Shown: positions 48,185 through 57,072 of the stretch, piece by piece | Layout of the letters: each line of letters starts with the position of its first letter | Numbering within the stretch: the first letter of the stretch is position 1 | NCBI GenBank assembly: GCA_965203555.1 | Contig: CBDBCY010000004.1 | Location: forward strand, 2,688,001 to 2,752,000 | From: Acidimicrobiia bacterium | GTDB lineage: Bacteria; Actinomycetota; Acidimicrobiia; Spongiisociales; ZC4RG35 | DNA: 64,000 nucleotides | Direction of reading: 5' to 3' | Translations under genes and position numbers: made by a program | The notes under the pieces: generated by a model | Told to the model about the DNA's origin: nothing | The model's input: the letters and a program-made list of their open reading frames with translations, nothing else | The model's database searches: none

Positions 48185-49572
48185 TCCCAATCCCTGGTCA
48201 ATCGGTCGATCAAGTCCCACAGGCGATGGACATGCCGAGCCTCGGTGTTGGTCTGACCGATCGAGACTCGGATGAAGGGCCGGCCGTCCAGAACCGAGGC
48301 GGTGACGTACGCCCAGCCGGAGGAGTTAATCCCCTCCGCCAGCCGGGAGGTCTCCTCGTCACTTCCACCATGGCGGAAGGAGACCAGCGAGAAAGTGGTG
48401 GGCGCCACCAGCTCGAGGGCGGGATGGGCATCGACCCGTTCGGTGAGCCACCGGGCCAGGCGCACGTCTTCTCGCACTTTGGCTCTGATCCCTTCGGCGC
48501 CGTAGGAGCGAAGAACGAACCACAGCTTCAGAGCGCGGAACCGTCTTCCCAGGGGCACCTGCCAGTCGCGGTAGTCGATCACCTCCCCGCCCTCGGTGGC
48601 CTGGTTGCGAAGATAAGGCGGCGTGATGCTGAGCGCATCGATCATGGGACGGCGGTCGGCGAAGTACATGGCCGAGCAGTCGAAATTGGTGAGCATCCAC
48701 TTGTGGGGATTGAAGACGTAGCTGTCCACCAACTCCAAGCCGTCCTGGTGGTGGCGGAACTCCTCACAGATCATGGCCGTGCCCGAGAAGGCGGCGTCCA
48801 CGTGGTGCCACATGCCCTCCGAGCGGGCAATCTCGCCGATGGCCCGCAGGGGATCCACCGCGGTGGTGCCGGTGGTGCCCACCGTGCTCCCCACGAACGC
48901 CGGAGTCAGACCTCCTGCCCGGTCGGCGGCGATGGCATGGGAAAGAGCCGCCGGGGACATGGCCAGATCCGAGTCGGTCTCCACCAGCCGAAGATGGCCG
49001 AATCCAGCCACCCGAGCTCCCTTTTCCACCGAGGAGTGGGCCTGGTCGGACGTGTAGGCGACCATATCGTCCGCCGTCACCTGGCGGGATTTCATGTGGC
49101 GGGCGACAACCACCGCCAGATGGGTGGCTTCCGAAGCGCTCCCCTGGATAACGCCGCCCCCGGGTCCGGTGGTCTTCCAGTGCCGGGGCAGGCCCATCAG
49201 GTCCACCATCCAGTCCAACACCCGCGCTTCCACCTCGGTGCAGGCCGGACTGGTGGCCCACAGCATCCCCTGCACTCCCAGTCCGGCGGCCGCCAACTCG
49301 CCCAGCACCGCCGGGGGGGAGGAGTTGGCCGGAAAGAACGCGAACCAACCGGGTGACTGCCAGTGGGTGATGCCCGGCATCACGATCTCGTCAAGGTCGG
49401 CCATAATCTGTTCGAAACTCTCGGGCGCCTCGGGGGCCCTGCGGGGCATGCGAGAGCGGACCTCCCCCGGCTTGACATCCGGGAGGATCGGCAGGTCCTC
49501 CACCCGCTCCCAGTAGTCGGCCAGCCAGTCGACCATCCGGTACCCATGCTTGCGGAACTCAGCGGCGTCCAT
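48181..49572 (-). CDS. PLP-dependent aromatic-L-amino-acid decarboxylase (group II)
   Basis: PGITHWQSP.WFAFFP, SPACTE, HVDAA, FNPHKW, DWQVPLGRRFRALKLW. Confidence 0.9.
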   Translation of the reverse strand: MDAAEFRKHGYRMVDWLADYWERVEDLPILPDVKPGEVRSRMPRRAPEAPESFEQIMADLDEIVMPGITHWQSPGWFAFFPANSSPPAVLGELAAAGLGVQGMLWATSPACTEVEARVLDWMVDLMGLPRHWKTTGPGGGVIQGSASEATHLAVVVARHMKSRQVTADDMVAYTSDQAHSSVEKGARVAGFGHLRLVETDSDLAMSPAALSHAIAADRAGGLTPAFVGSTVGTTGTTAVDPLRAIGEIARSEGMWHHVDAAFSGTAMICEEFRHHQDGLELVDSYVFNPHKWMLTNFDCSAMYFADRRPMIDALSITPPYLRNQATEGGEVIDYRDWQVPLGRRFRALKLWFVLRSYGAEGIRAKVREDVRLARWLTERVDAHPALELVAPTTFSLVSFRHGGSDEETSRLAEGINSSGWAYVTASVLDGRPFIRVSIGQTNTEARHVHRLWDLIDRLTRDWE

Positions 49573-49844
49573 CGGCCTCAGGCTAGTTGCAGGCCTTCAA
49601 CAGGCCATTTCGTCGGCCAAGGAGGATGTGTGGCATTTTTCCTCCAAAGGCGTGAAGAATTCTCAATGGCTGAATAGGCAAAGATGCCTGATTGGTCCAA
49701 GACTGGGGAATGGACAGACCTCAAGGCGTCACTACTTCGACATCGCAAAAGGGGAACTCAATCCCCACTGCATTCTCTGCTCTTGTCAAGACTTGGCGTC
49801 CTGGCTTGGTGCGCCGCTTTGCCACGGGTGGTACCATATATGGC

Positions 49845-50054
49845 ATGATCAAGACCACCATCTATTTGCCGGAGTCATTGAAGCGAGAGGTGGAACGACA
49901 GGCACGGCGGCGCTCGTGCTCAGAAGCTGAGGTGATTCGCCAAGCCATCCGGGTCGCCGTGGCGCGTCCCAAACCGCAACCCGGGATCATCTCCGGCGAC
50001 GGCCTGTGGGGAAGAGATGTTGATAAGTACATGAAGGGCTTCGGCGAAAGGTGA
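49845..50054 (+). CDS. vapB: CopG/RHH antitoxin (VapB)
   Basis: MIKTTIYLPESLKREVERQARRRSCSEAEVIRQAI..GFGER; GTGA overlap with PIN gene. Confidence 0.88.
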   Translation: MIKTTIYLPESLKREVERQARRRSCSEAEVIRQAIRVAVARPKPQPGIISGDGLWGRDVDKYMKGFGER

Positions 50055-50461
50055 TTATTGCCGACGCCAGTGGCCTCATCTCCTTTTTCACCGAGTCGGA
50101 TCCCGACCATGAAGCGGTGGTGGCATGGATAGAAACCAACAGTCGCGACATGGTGGTTTCCCCGTTCGTCTTGGCTGAGGTCGATTACCTGGTTGCCACT
50201 CGCAAGGGGGTGGCAGCGGAGTTGGCGGTTCTCCGGGAATTGGCGGGCGGAGCTTATCTTTTGCCTGCCATCGGAGCACGGGATCTTGCTACCGCAATTG
50301 ATGTCGTGGACGGCTACCGAGAACTTGACATCGGGATTGCCGATGCATCCATTGTTGTGCTGGCCGACCGTTATCGCACCAATACCGTCTTGACTTTGGA
50401 CAGGAGGCACTTCAGCGTGCTGCGCCCTCTTGCGGGCGGTCGTTTCACTCTGGTCCCATAG
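50051..50461 (+). CDS. vapC: VapC PIN-domain toxin
   Basis: IIADASGL, VLAEVDYL, IGIADASIV, LTLDRRHF. Confidence 0.9.
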   Translation: MIIADASGLISFFTESDPDHEAVVAWIETNSRDMVVSPFVLAEVDYLVATRKGVAAELAVLRELAGGAYLLPAIGARDLATAIDVVDGYRELDIGIADASIVVLADRYRTNTVLTLDRRHFSVLRPLAGGRFTLVP

Positions 50462-50474
50462 GGAGGAGTCGTGA

Positions 50475-50624
50475 TCAGCACGGTATGACCATCCGCTGAG
50501 GGATAGGAGTCCCGGGCGGCGGGCTTTCCGGCGGTGGAGAGGGAATCCCGGGGTCTGTCGAGATGTGGATGCCGTCTACCGATACGGCTACCCGGTCGCC
50601 GGGTGCGAACTGGGGTTGGGCCAG
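50475..50624 (-). repeat. Diverged displaced copy of the 3' end of the Fe3+ ABC ATPase gene (53276-53425)
   Basis: QPQFAPGDRVAVSVDGIHISTDPGIPSPPPESPPPGTPIPQRMVIPC* vs QPALAPGDRVAVSVDGIHIFDEPQAPPPPPESPPPGTPIPQPVVIPR*. Confidence 0.9.
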
Positions 50625-50760
50625 GCATGGTAAGTGTCGGCCATTACTAAAATACATGCAAGTAATACAGAATTAGTAGATAACCCAGGTGGATAGTGAC
50701 GACACAACGAAGACGACCCTGGTGTATAGGGTGTCGCAATCACCTCCAAAACACATCTTG

Positions 50761-50802
50761 CTACTGATATCTACTAGCATCTACTATTTTAGTAGATATA
50801 CT
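50761..50802 (+). promoter_or_regulatory. Putative operator/promoter of the Fic gene
   Basis: CTACT at 50761, 50771, 50781 (10-bp period); inverted repeat ATCTACTA/TAGTAGAT 50779-50797; TATACT at 50797-50802, 8 nt before ATG. Confidence 0.65.
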
Positions 50803-50810
50803 GTAAGGTT

Positions 50811-52145
50811 ATGAAGATCCCAACCAGAGGCCCATCGGTCGAGGAGGGCTTCGGCAAGCTCAGCCGAGATCGAACAGCCGCAATTCTCTACAGTGATCAT
50901 TCTCGACCTTCCGTGAATGGTCACTACTACCACTGGGATGAGTTGCGCCGTCGCATACCTCCTGATGGTTTTTCGTCAGAAGAGTGGTGGTTTGGTGTCA
51001 AGGTGGCTCGCTCGCAGGTGCGCAGGATGTTGCCGTTCTCCGACACGGCCGGTCGGCCATTCAGCTATGTCCTGACCGATGAAGCACTCTCGATGTTGCA
51101 CCAGATCGACCAGCAGGCAGCGGGGCGCATCCAAATGCCGGAAGTGGTCACCAACTCAGCGACCCGCGATCGCTACATCGTGGCAGGGCTGATTGAGGAA
51201 GCAATTAACTCCAGCTTGCTGGAAGGGGCCGCCACTACCCGCCGTGAGGCAAAGGAACTGCTTCGCTCGGGTCGGTCACCTCGAACCATTGATGAGCGGA
51301 TGGTGGTGAACAACTATCGCACTATGCAGAACCTGCGTCAAGACTCAAAAACGCCACTCACACTGGAGATGGTGCTTGATGTGCACCGGATGGTCGTTGA
51401 TGGGACCTTGGAACGTCCCGAAGAAGCCGGTCGCCTCCAACGGACCGGTGAGAAGAGGGTCTATGTCAGTGGTCCTGATCCCAATGACATTTATCACCGC
51501 CCGCCTCCCGCGGCCGAATTGCCCGACCTGATGCAGGAGTTGGTTGACTTTGCGAACGCGGTGGAAGATCAGGGCTTCGTGCATCCGGTGGTGCGGGCGA
51601 TCGCCCTTCACTTCCAGTTGGCCTACATCCATCCCTTCGTGGACGGAAATGGGAGAACGGCACGGGCGCTCTTCTACCGTTCCTTGCTACGACACGGCTA
51701 CTGGCTGGCGGAATTCTTGTCAATTTCCCGCCTACTCCACCAAGCTCCAGTCCAATACCAAAGATCCTTCTTATACACAGAGACCGACGACGGCGACTTT
51801 ACCTATTTCCTGCTACACCAATTGAAGGTGCTTTGCCGCGCGATAGAGGATCTCTTCCAGAGCTTGGAAGACAAAGTTGCGGAGGTGAGGCAGGTAGAAA
51901 GGGCCCTACGGAGAGAGCCATATCTGAACAGCCGCCAGATGGCGCTGTTGAGTCACGCCTTGCGGAACCTTGATGCTGTCTACACGATTCAAGCGCACCA
52001 AACCAGCCACAGGGTTGCCTACCAGACGGCGCGGACTGACTTGCTAGACCTCGAGAAGCGAGGGTTCCTGAAACTCCGCAGCACGGGCAAGCAATATCTC
52101 TTCTTCCCGGTAGTTGAAGCGTTGGAGGAGAAGCTTGGGACGTGA
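50811..52145 (+). CDS. Fic family protein with C-terminal HTH-like region
   Basis: Canonical HPFVDGNGRTAR; SSLLEG inhibitory-like motif; C-terminal YQTARTDLLDLEKRGFL. Confidence 0.92.
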   Translation: MKIPTRGPSVEEGFGKLSRDRTAAILYSDHSRPSVNGHYYHWDELRRRIPPDGFSSEEWWFGVKVARSQVRRMLPFSDTAGRPFSYVLTDEALSMLHQIDQQAAGRIQMPEVVTNSATRDRYIVAGLIEEAINSSLLEGAATTRREAKELLRSGRSPRTIDERMVVNNYRTMQNLRQDSKTPLTLEMVLDVHRMVVDGTLERPEEAGRLQRTGEKRVYVSGPDPNDIYHRPPPAAELPDLMQELVDFANAVEDQGFVHPVVRAIALHFQLAYIHPFVDGNGRTARALFYRSLLRHGYWLAEFLSISRLLHQAPVQYQRSFLYTETDDGDFTYFLLHQLKVLCRAIEDLFQSLEDKVAEVRQVERALRREPYLNSRQMALLSHALRNLDAVYTIQAHQTSHRVAYQTARTDLLDLEKRGFLKLRSTGKQYLFFPVVEALEEKLGT

Positions 52146-52151
52146 TATGGC

Positions 52152-52364
52152 ATGATCAAAACCACCACCATCAATCTACCGGAGTCGTTGAATCGGGAGG
52201 TGGCGCGACAAGCTCGACATCGGTCGTGCTCCGAAGCTGAGGTGATTCAACAAGCTATCCGGGACGCAGTGGCGCGTCCCAAGCCGCGGCCCGGGATCAT
52301 TTCCGGTGACGATTCCCGGGTCGAGCATATTGACGAATACTTGGAGGGCTTCGGCGAGAGATAA
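52152..52364 (+). CDS. vapB: CopG/RHH antitoxin, paralog of 49845-50054
   Basis: MIKTTTINLPESLNREVARQARHRSCSEAEVIQQAIR..GFGER. Confidence 0.8.
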   Translation: MIKTTTINLPESLNREVARQARHRSCSEAEVIQQAIRDAVARPKPRPGIISGDDSRVEHIDEYLEGFGER

Positions 52365-52435
52365 TCATCGCCGCTACGAGCCCTTCCTATTGCCTTCTTT
52401 ACCGAGACCGGGCCGAGGTATGACGACATTGCCAC
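52361..52435 (+). pseudogene. Truncated 5' remnant of a vapC gene
   Basis: ATAATCATCGCC..GCCTTCTTTACCGAGACCGG aligns with the start of 50051-50461 (IIA..FFTE); start codon lost. Confidence 0.6.
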
Positions 52436-52459
52436 AAGCCGCGCCGGACGGGCAAACGG

Positions 52460-52864
52460 CTACGCGCCAACCCGCTCGAAGACCAGCACCTGCCCACCTT
52501 CGCTATGAAGGGTGAGTTGTTCCCCCGAGAGCTCGAACCGCTCTACTGTGGCCAACGAGTCTTGCATCCGTTGTTCCTGTTGGAACAGCGCCTGGGATGA
52601 GCAGCCTGCTTCCGTCCACGTCAGATCGTCAAGGCGCAGCTCCGAATCCCGCGCGCTATATCTCGCTCCGTAGGAATTGCAGCCCGTCCACCCCGCCATA
52701 TCCTCATCGGTGGTGAATTCGGCGGTTGGGTTGCCCATCACCACCTCGGCGGGAGCGCCGGCATCGCCCAGTGCCACCAGCCGCCACTCCGTATCGGCCA
52801 AGGGATTCCCTTCGCCGCCGCAGGCCACCAGGAAAAACACGAAGCCAAGTAGAAGCCGGCGCAT
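52460..52864 (-). CDS. META (HslJ-like) domain lipoprotein
   Basis: Lipobox FLVAC; LADTEWRLVAL, GWTGCNSY, TEAGC..QEQ, L.LHS..VLVF. Confidence 0.85.
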   Translation of the reverse strand: MRRLLLGFVFFLVACGGEGNPLADTEWRLVALGDAGAPAEVVMGNPTAEFTTDEDMAGWTGCNSYGARYSARDSELRLDDLTWTEAGCSSQALFQQEQRMQDSLATVERFELSGEQLTLHSEGGQVLVFERVGA

Positions 52865-53275
52865 CACTCTTCTCCCTTCATCGGATGTTGTCTCATTATG
52901 GCCTGCTGTTGCTTTAGCAGAAAACACAGCCGTCATGGCGCCTTTCACGTTCTGATTCATCGGCGGGGACAAATTCGCCAACCCCGGCGGCGGCCCGTGG
53001 GTTCCCCCTTCGGAGCTGAGACGCACGAACCCGGACTATACCCGACCGCCTCTGTCATTTGCGTATCTTCGGCTTCCCTTTTATGCAATCCGGTGCACAT
53101 CCAGTCTGCATCCTGATGCGCCGTGGCCCCACCCAGGATCGGGGAGGGAAGACCTTGGCGCGCCGTCGGACCGTCGTGACCGCGACTTCGAGGTGTTCCG
53201 GGAGGGCCTGACGCGTCTCGGCGAGGCCGGCCTCCGCCTCAACGCGCCAGCCTTGCCTATCTTTCGCAGGCCCTA

Positions 53276-54373
53276 CTACCGGGGAATGACCACCGGCTGG
53301 GGGATGGGAGTCCCCGGCGGCGGGCTCTCCGGCGGGGGAGGGGGCGCTTGAGGTTCGTCAAAGATATGGATGCCGTCCACCGAGACGGCCACCCGGTCAC
53401 CGGGCGCCAGGGCCGGTTGCGGCCAGCAACGGGAGCGAAGGGTTATCTCCCCCGGTAGCTCCACCGACAGCAACTGGTCGTGCCCGAAGAACTCCCGGTA
53501 GCTGACCACCGCTGCTCCCTGGGGATGGGGAAAGACAGTGACCGACTCGGGACGGACCATCACCCTCACGGGTCCCGACCTGGTGGTGGGAAACGTTCCG
53601 AACGGCGTGGTTATCCGGCCTCCCTTGGCGTGGGCGTCGAAGAAGTCGGCGTCTCCCAGGAACTCGGCCACCCAGGACGTTGTCGGGTTACGGTAGACAT
53701 GATCGGGCGGGCCGGTCTGCACCACCCGTCCCTCGTTCATCAGGGCCAACCGGTCGCTCATCGCCAAGGCTTCTTCCTGGTCGTGGGTGACCAGGATCGT
53801 GGTGGTTTCGGCTTCGCGCAGTATGGACCGGACCTCGGCTCGGAGGCGTTTGCGAAGGGCCGCATCCAGGTTGGAGAAGGGTTCATCGGCCAGGATCACC
53901 TGGGGCCGGGGCGCCAGGGCCCTGGCCAGAGCCACCCGCTGCTGCTGGCCGGCGGAGAGTTCATGCGGCATCCGTTTCTCCAGGCCGGCCAACCCCACCA
54001 TTTCCAGTACCTCCGCCACCCGGTGGGAACGCCCCGAGGCCTCCAGCCCGAACGCCACGTTGCGGCCGACGTTGAGATGGGGGAACAGCGCGTAGTCCTG
54101 GAAGACCATTCCCACCTGCCGGCGCTCGGGAGGTACGAAGACGCCGGGACCGTTGACGGTCTGTCCGTTCACCCGCACCGTTCCCGAGTCAGGCAGTTCG
54201 AAACCGGCCAGTATCCGCAGGGCGGTGGTCTTTCCCACGCCGGACGGTCCCAGCACGGTCAGCAGTGTCCCGCTTTCGACTTTCAGGGTGAAGTCATCCA
54301 AGGCGAGAGTGCCGTCAAAGCTCTTGTAGAGAGCACGAGCGGAGAGGGGTCGATGGTCAGCGGATGAGTTCAT
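53276..54373 (-). CDS. fbpC: Fe3+ ABC transporter ATP-binding protein (FbpC-like)
   Basis: GPSGVGKTT, VFQDYALFPH, LSAGQQQRVALARALA, DEPFSNLD, TOBE-like C-terminus. Confidence 0.85.
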   Translation of the reverse strand: MNSSADHRPLSARALYKSFDGTLALDDFTLKVESGTLLTVLGPSGVGKTTALRILAGFELPDSGTVRVNGQTVNGPGVFVPPERRQVGMVFQDYALFPHLNVGRNVAFGLEASGRSHRVAEVLEMVGLAGLEKRMPHELSAGQQQRVALARALAPRPQVILADEPFSNLDAALRKRLRAEVRSILREAETTTILVTHDQEEALAMSDRLALMNEGRVVQTGPPDHVYRNPTTSWVAEFLGDADFFDAHAKGGRITTPFGTFPTTRSGPVRVMVRPESVTVFPHPQGAAVVSYREFFGHDQLLSVELPGEITLRSRCWPQPALAPGDRVAVSVDGIHIFDEPQAPPPPPESPPPGTPIPQPVVIPR

Positions 54374-55943
54374 GGCGGGTAACGATGGCCAGGGGGAGGG
54401 CGGCTATCAGCAACAAGAGCAACCCGGCCAATGCACCCAGAGTGTAAAACCCTTCACCGGTTGCGCTCCAAACGCGGATGGCGAGCGTCTCGAATCCGGC
54501 CGGTCGCAGCAACAGGGTGGCGGGAAGTTCCCGAAGGGTGGTCAAGAAGACCAGGGCGCCACCCGAGAGCAGACCCGGGGCCATCAAGGGAAGGGTGACT
54601 GCGAAGAACGTTCGAACCGGCGACCTTCCCAGGCTGCGGGCCGCTTCTTCCATGGAGGGAGACACTCTCGCCAGGGCGTCGCGACCGGGTCCCAGGATCT
54701 GTGGCAGGAACATCATGGCGTAGACGCCCACCAGCAGGATCAATGTCTGGTACAGGGGACGCGCCAGCCACAGGGTGAACACGATCATCGCCATTCCCAC
54801 CGCGATGTGCGGGACGCCGTACAGGGCCCACGCTCCACCTTCCAGAAGGCCGGCCCAGCGGTTTCGAAACCGGGTGGTGACCATCGTCACGGGCGCCGCC
54901 GCCACCGCCGCCACCAGTGCGGTCAGCAGCGCCACCCAGATCGATCGTCCCGTTTCTGCCCACGGCACGTCGACCAGGATGCCCGAGATCATGCCCCGCA
55001 GGATCCAGGCAACCAGCACGATCAGGGGGACAAGAAGCGAGAGCGTGACCACGGTTCCCAGAAACCCCCACCCCATGATCCTTCCCGCCGGTCCCAACCT
55101 CACGGGCGCCGCCGTCCGGCGGGGCTTGGCTGTGAACCAGACCCCTTTGGCGCGAGTGCTCCTCTCGGCCATGACGATCACCACTGCCACAGCCGCCAGC
55201 ACCGCGGCCAGGCCCAGGGCCGGGCGCCGATCGACGCGGCCGGCGTATTCGAGGTAGATGGCGCGGGTGAAGGTGTCGTAGCGAAGCAGGGAGACCGCGC
55301 CGAAGTCAGAGAGGGTATAGAGCCCCACCAGCAGGGCGCCGGCGGTCAGCCCCGGCCGCAGTTGGGGCAAAGTGACCGTCCAGAAGACCTTGACCCGCCC
55401 GGCCCCCAAGCCGCGGGCCGCCTCTTCCAAGGTGGGATTCAAGGAGTGCATGGCGGGGGCCACGGCAAGATGGACCAGCGGAACCGAGATCAGGGTCAGC
55501 ACCAACCAGGCCGCCCAGAACCCTGACGGGTAGCGGATGATTCCGCCGCCCAACCAGGTGGAGACGGCGGAGAGTATCCCGTCGGCGCCGGTGGCGCCCA
55601 ACAGGGTGAGAGCGCCCACGAAAGAGGGGACTGCAAAGGGTATGATGATCAGGACCGTGGCCAGCCTCTTTCCCGGCAGGTCGGTCCGAGAGACCAGCCA
55701 AGCGCTGGCGCCGCCGATTATCAAGGAGGTCGTAGTGACGGCGGCGCCCAGCGCCCCGGTGTTGGCTGCCAGCTCCAATAACCGCTTTATTGGAACGGTG
55801 GTGACTACGCCGCTGAACAGCCCGTAAGTTAAGGTTCCGAGGGGGGCTGCGGCGGGCAACATCACCATGCCGGCCAGCACCCACCACCAAGTATTGGGGG
55901 GCAGCGCGTTCAGTCGCGGAACCGGGCGCGCTACCCCCATCAT
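54357..55943 (-). CDS. fbpB: Fe3+ ABC transporter permease (FbpB-like)
   Basis: Two EAA motifs (LEEAARGLG, MEEAARSLG), LSDFGAVSLLRY, ELPATLLLRP. Confidence 0.88.
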   Translation of the reverse strand: MMGVARPVPRLNALPPNTWWWVLAGMVMLPAAAPLGTLTYGLFSGVVTTVPIKRLLELAANTGALGAAVTTTSLIIGGASAWLVSRTDLPGKRLATVLIIIPFAVPSFVGALTLLGATGADGILSAVSTWLGGGIIRYPSGFWAAWLVLTLISVPLVHLAVAPAMHSLNPTLEEAARGLGAGRVKVFWTVTLPQLRPGLTAGALLVGLYTLSDFGAVSLLRYDTFTRAIYLEYAGRVDRRPALGLAAVLAAVAVVIVMAERSTRAKGVWFTAKPRRTAAPVRLGPAGRIMGWGFLGTVVTLSLLVPLIVLVAWILRGMISGILVDVPWAETGRSIWVALLTALVAAVAAAPVTMVTTRFRNRWAGLLEGGAWALYGVPHIAVGMAMIVFTLWLARPLYQTLILLVGVYAMMFLPQILGPGRDALARVSPSMEEAARSLGRSPVRTFFAVTLPLMAPGLLSGGALVFLTTLRELPATLLLRPAGFETLAIRVWSATGEGFYTLGALAGLLLLLIAALPLAIVTRHELIR

Positions 55944-55954
55944 CGTCTTTGAAG

Positions 55955-56986
55955 TTACAGAAGTCCCGCTTCAGCGACCAAGTCCGTGGCCCTTTCCAGC
56001 GCGGTGTGGAGGTCCGAAAGATCTATGTCCGGGGTGGGAATAGAGTCGATGGGCGGAAGACTCGCCGCCGGCCTCACTCCGGCCGCCAGGGGATACTCAT
56101 AGGTCTGCTCGGCGAAATATCGCTGCGCGGTTTCGGAAAGCAGGAACTCGATGAAACTGTGGGCGTCCTCGGATTGTTCCGAGTTTGCCAGCACGCTGAC
56201 CCCCGACGGCATGACCAGGCTCCCCGGGTCGCCGGCCGAGAGGAAGTGGTTGGCCGCCCGTTTACCTGCACCTTCGGCCTGCAGGCGCAGCAGGTAGTAG
56301 TGGTTCACCAGCCCCAGCCCTACTTCCCCGTTGTCAGCCGCTGCCACGATCGGGGAATTCTTGGGATAGTCCAGGGGATCGAGGGCCGCCAGGCTCTCCA
56401 GCCACTGCAACGTTGCCGCCTCGCCGCGGTCGAGGATCATGGCCGCCACGAATGCCAGGAACGAGCCGTTGGTGGGCGCCACGCCGATCATTCCCGTCCA
56501 GCGGGGGTTCAACAGGTCGTCGATGCTGGCGGGCAATTCGCTCACCTGCACCTGGTCCCGGTCGTAGATGATCGCCCGGATCCGTCCCGAGACTCCCACC
56601 CAGCGATGGGCGCGGTCCCGGAAACGAGGAGGCGCCGCCGAGATGACGTCTGATGGAAGGGTGGCCATCAGCGGCGCGGCAAGACCCAGCGAGGCGGGGT
56701 CCTGGGCGAAGAAAACATCCGCCTCGGTGGAGGACCCTTCTTCCAGGAGGGTGGAGGCCAACTCGGTGCTGCCCGCATATCTGACCTCGACTTCCAGGCC
56801 GCTCGACTCCCGGAATTCTTCGATCAGCGGGCCGACCAGTTCTTCACCCCTGCCGGAATAGATCAGCAGAGGGTCGTCTCCGCCTCCACAGGCGCCGACT
56901 ACCAGGCCCAGGGCCAACACCATCGGCAAGAGGAGGCGAACACCACGATTGGATGCGCGTTTTGAACGCACTGTGACTCCCTTCAT
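55955..56986 (-). CDS. fbpA: Fe3+ ABC transporter substrate-binding lipoprotein (FbpA-like)
   Basis: Lipobox VGAC; IYSGR, ADVF, GLVNHYY iron-ligand Tyr pair, EYPL. Confidence 0.88.
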   Translation of the reverse strand: MKGVTVRSKRASNRGVRLLLPMVLALGLVVGACGGGDDPLLIYSGRGEELVGPLIEEFRESSGLEVEVRYAGSTELASTLLEEGSSTEADVFFAQDPASLGLAAPLMATLPSDVISAAPPRFRDRAHRWVGVSGRIRAIIYDRDQVQVSELPASIDDLLNPRWTGMIGVAPTNGSFLAFVAAMILDRGEAATLQWLESLAALDPLDYPKNSPIVAAADNGEVGLGLVNHYYLLRLQAEGAGKRAANHFLSAGDPGSLVMPSGVSVLANSEQSEDAHSFIEFLLSETAQRYFAEQTYEYPLAAGVRPAASLPPIDSIPTPDIDLSDLHTALERATDLVAEAGLL

Positions 56987-57055
56987 TTAGCAAATATGGA
57001 TTAGTTTTATTATATTAGCCATATCGTGATTTGTCATATTAGTCGTTGCGGTGAT
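56987..57055. promoter_or_regulatory. AT-rich divergent promoter region, possible iron-regulator box
   Basis: Sharp AT-rich patch with repeated TTAG and ATATGG..CCATAT inverted repeat between divergent iron uptake operons; only loosely DtxR/IdeR-like. Confidence 0.4.
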
Positions 57056-57072
57056 CCCAGCGCGAATCCGGG

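Noticed and set aside
41365-53275. Integron cassette array or prophage
   Set aside because: No integrase, no recognisable attC R-box pairs, no phage genes, and mixed gene orientation.
53120-53275. Possible gene remnant (RDFEVFREGLTRLGEAGLRLNAP) downstream of fbpC
   Set aside because: Too short, no start or recognisable family; cannot be supported.
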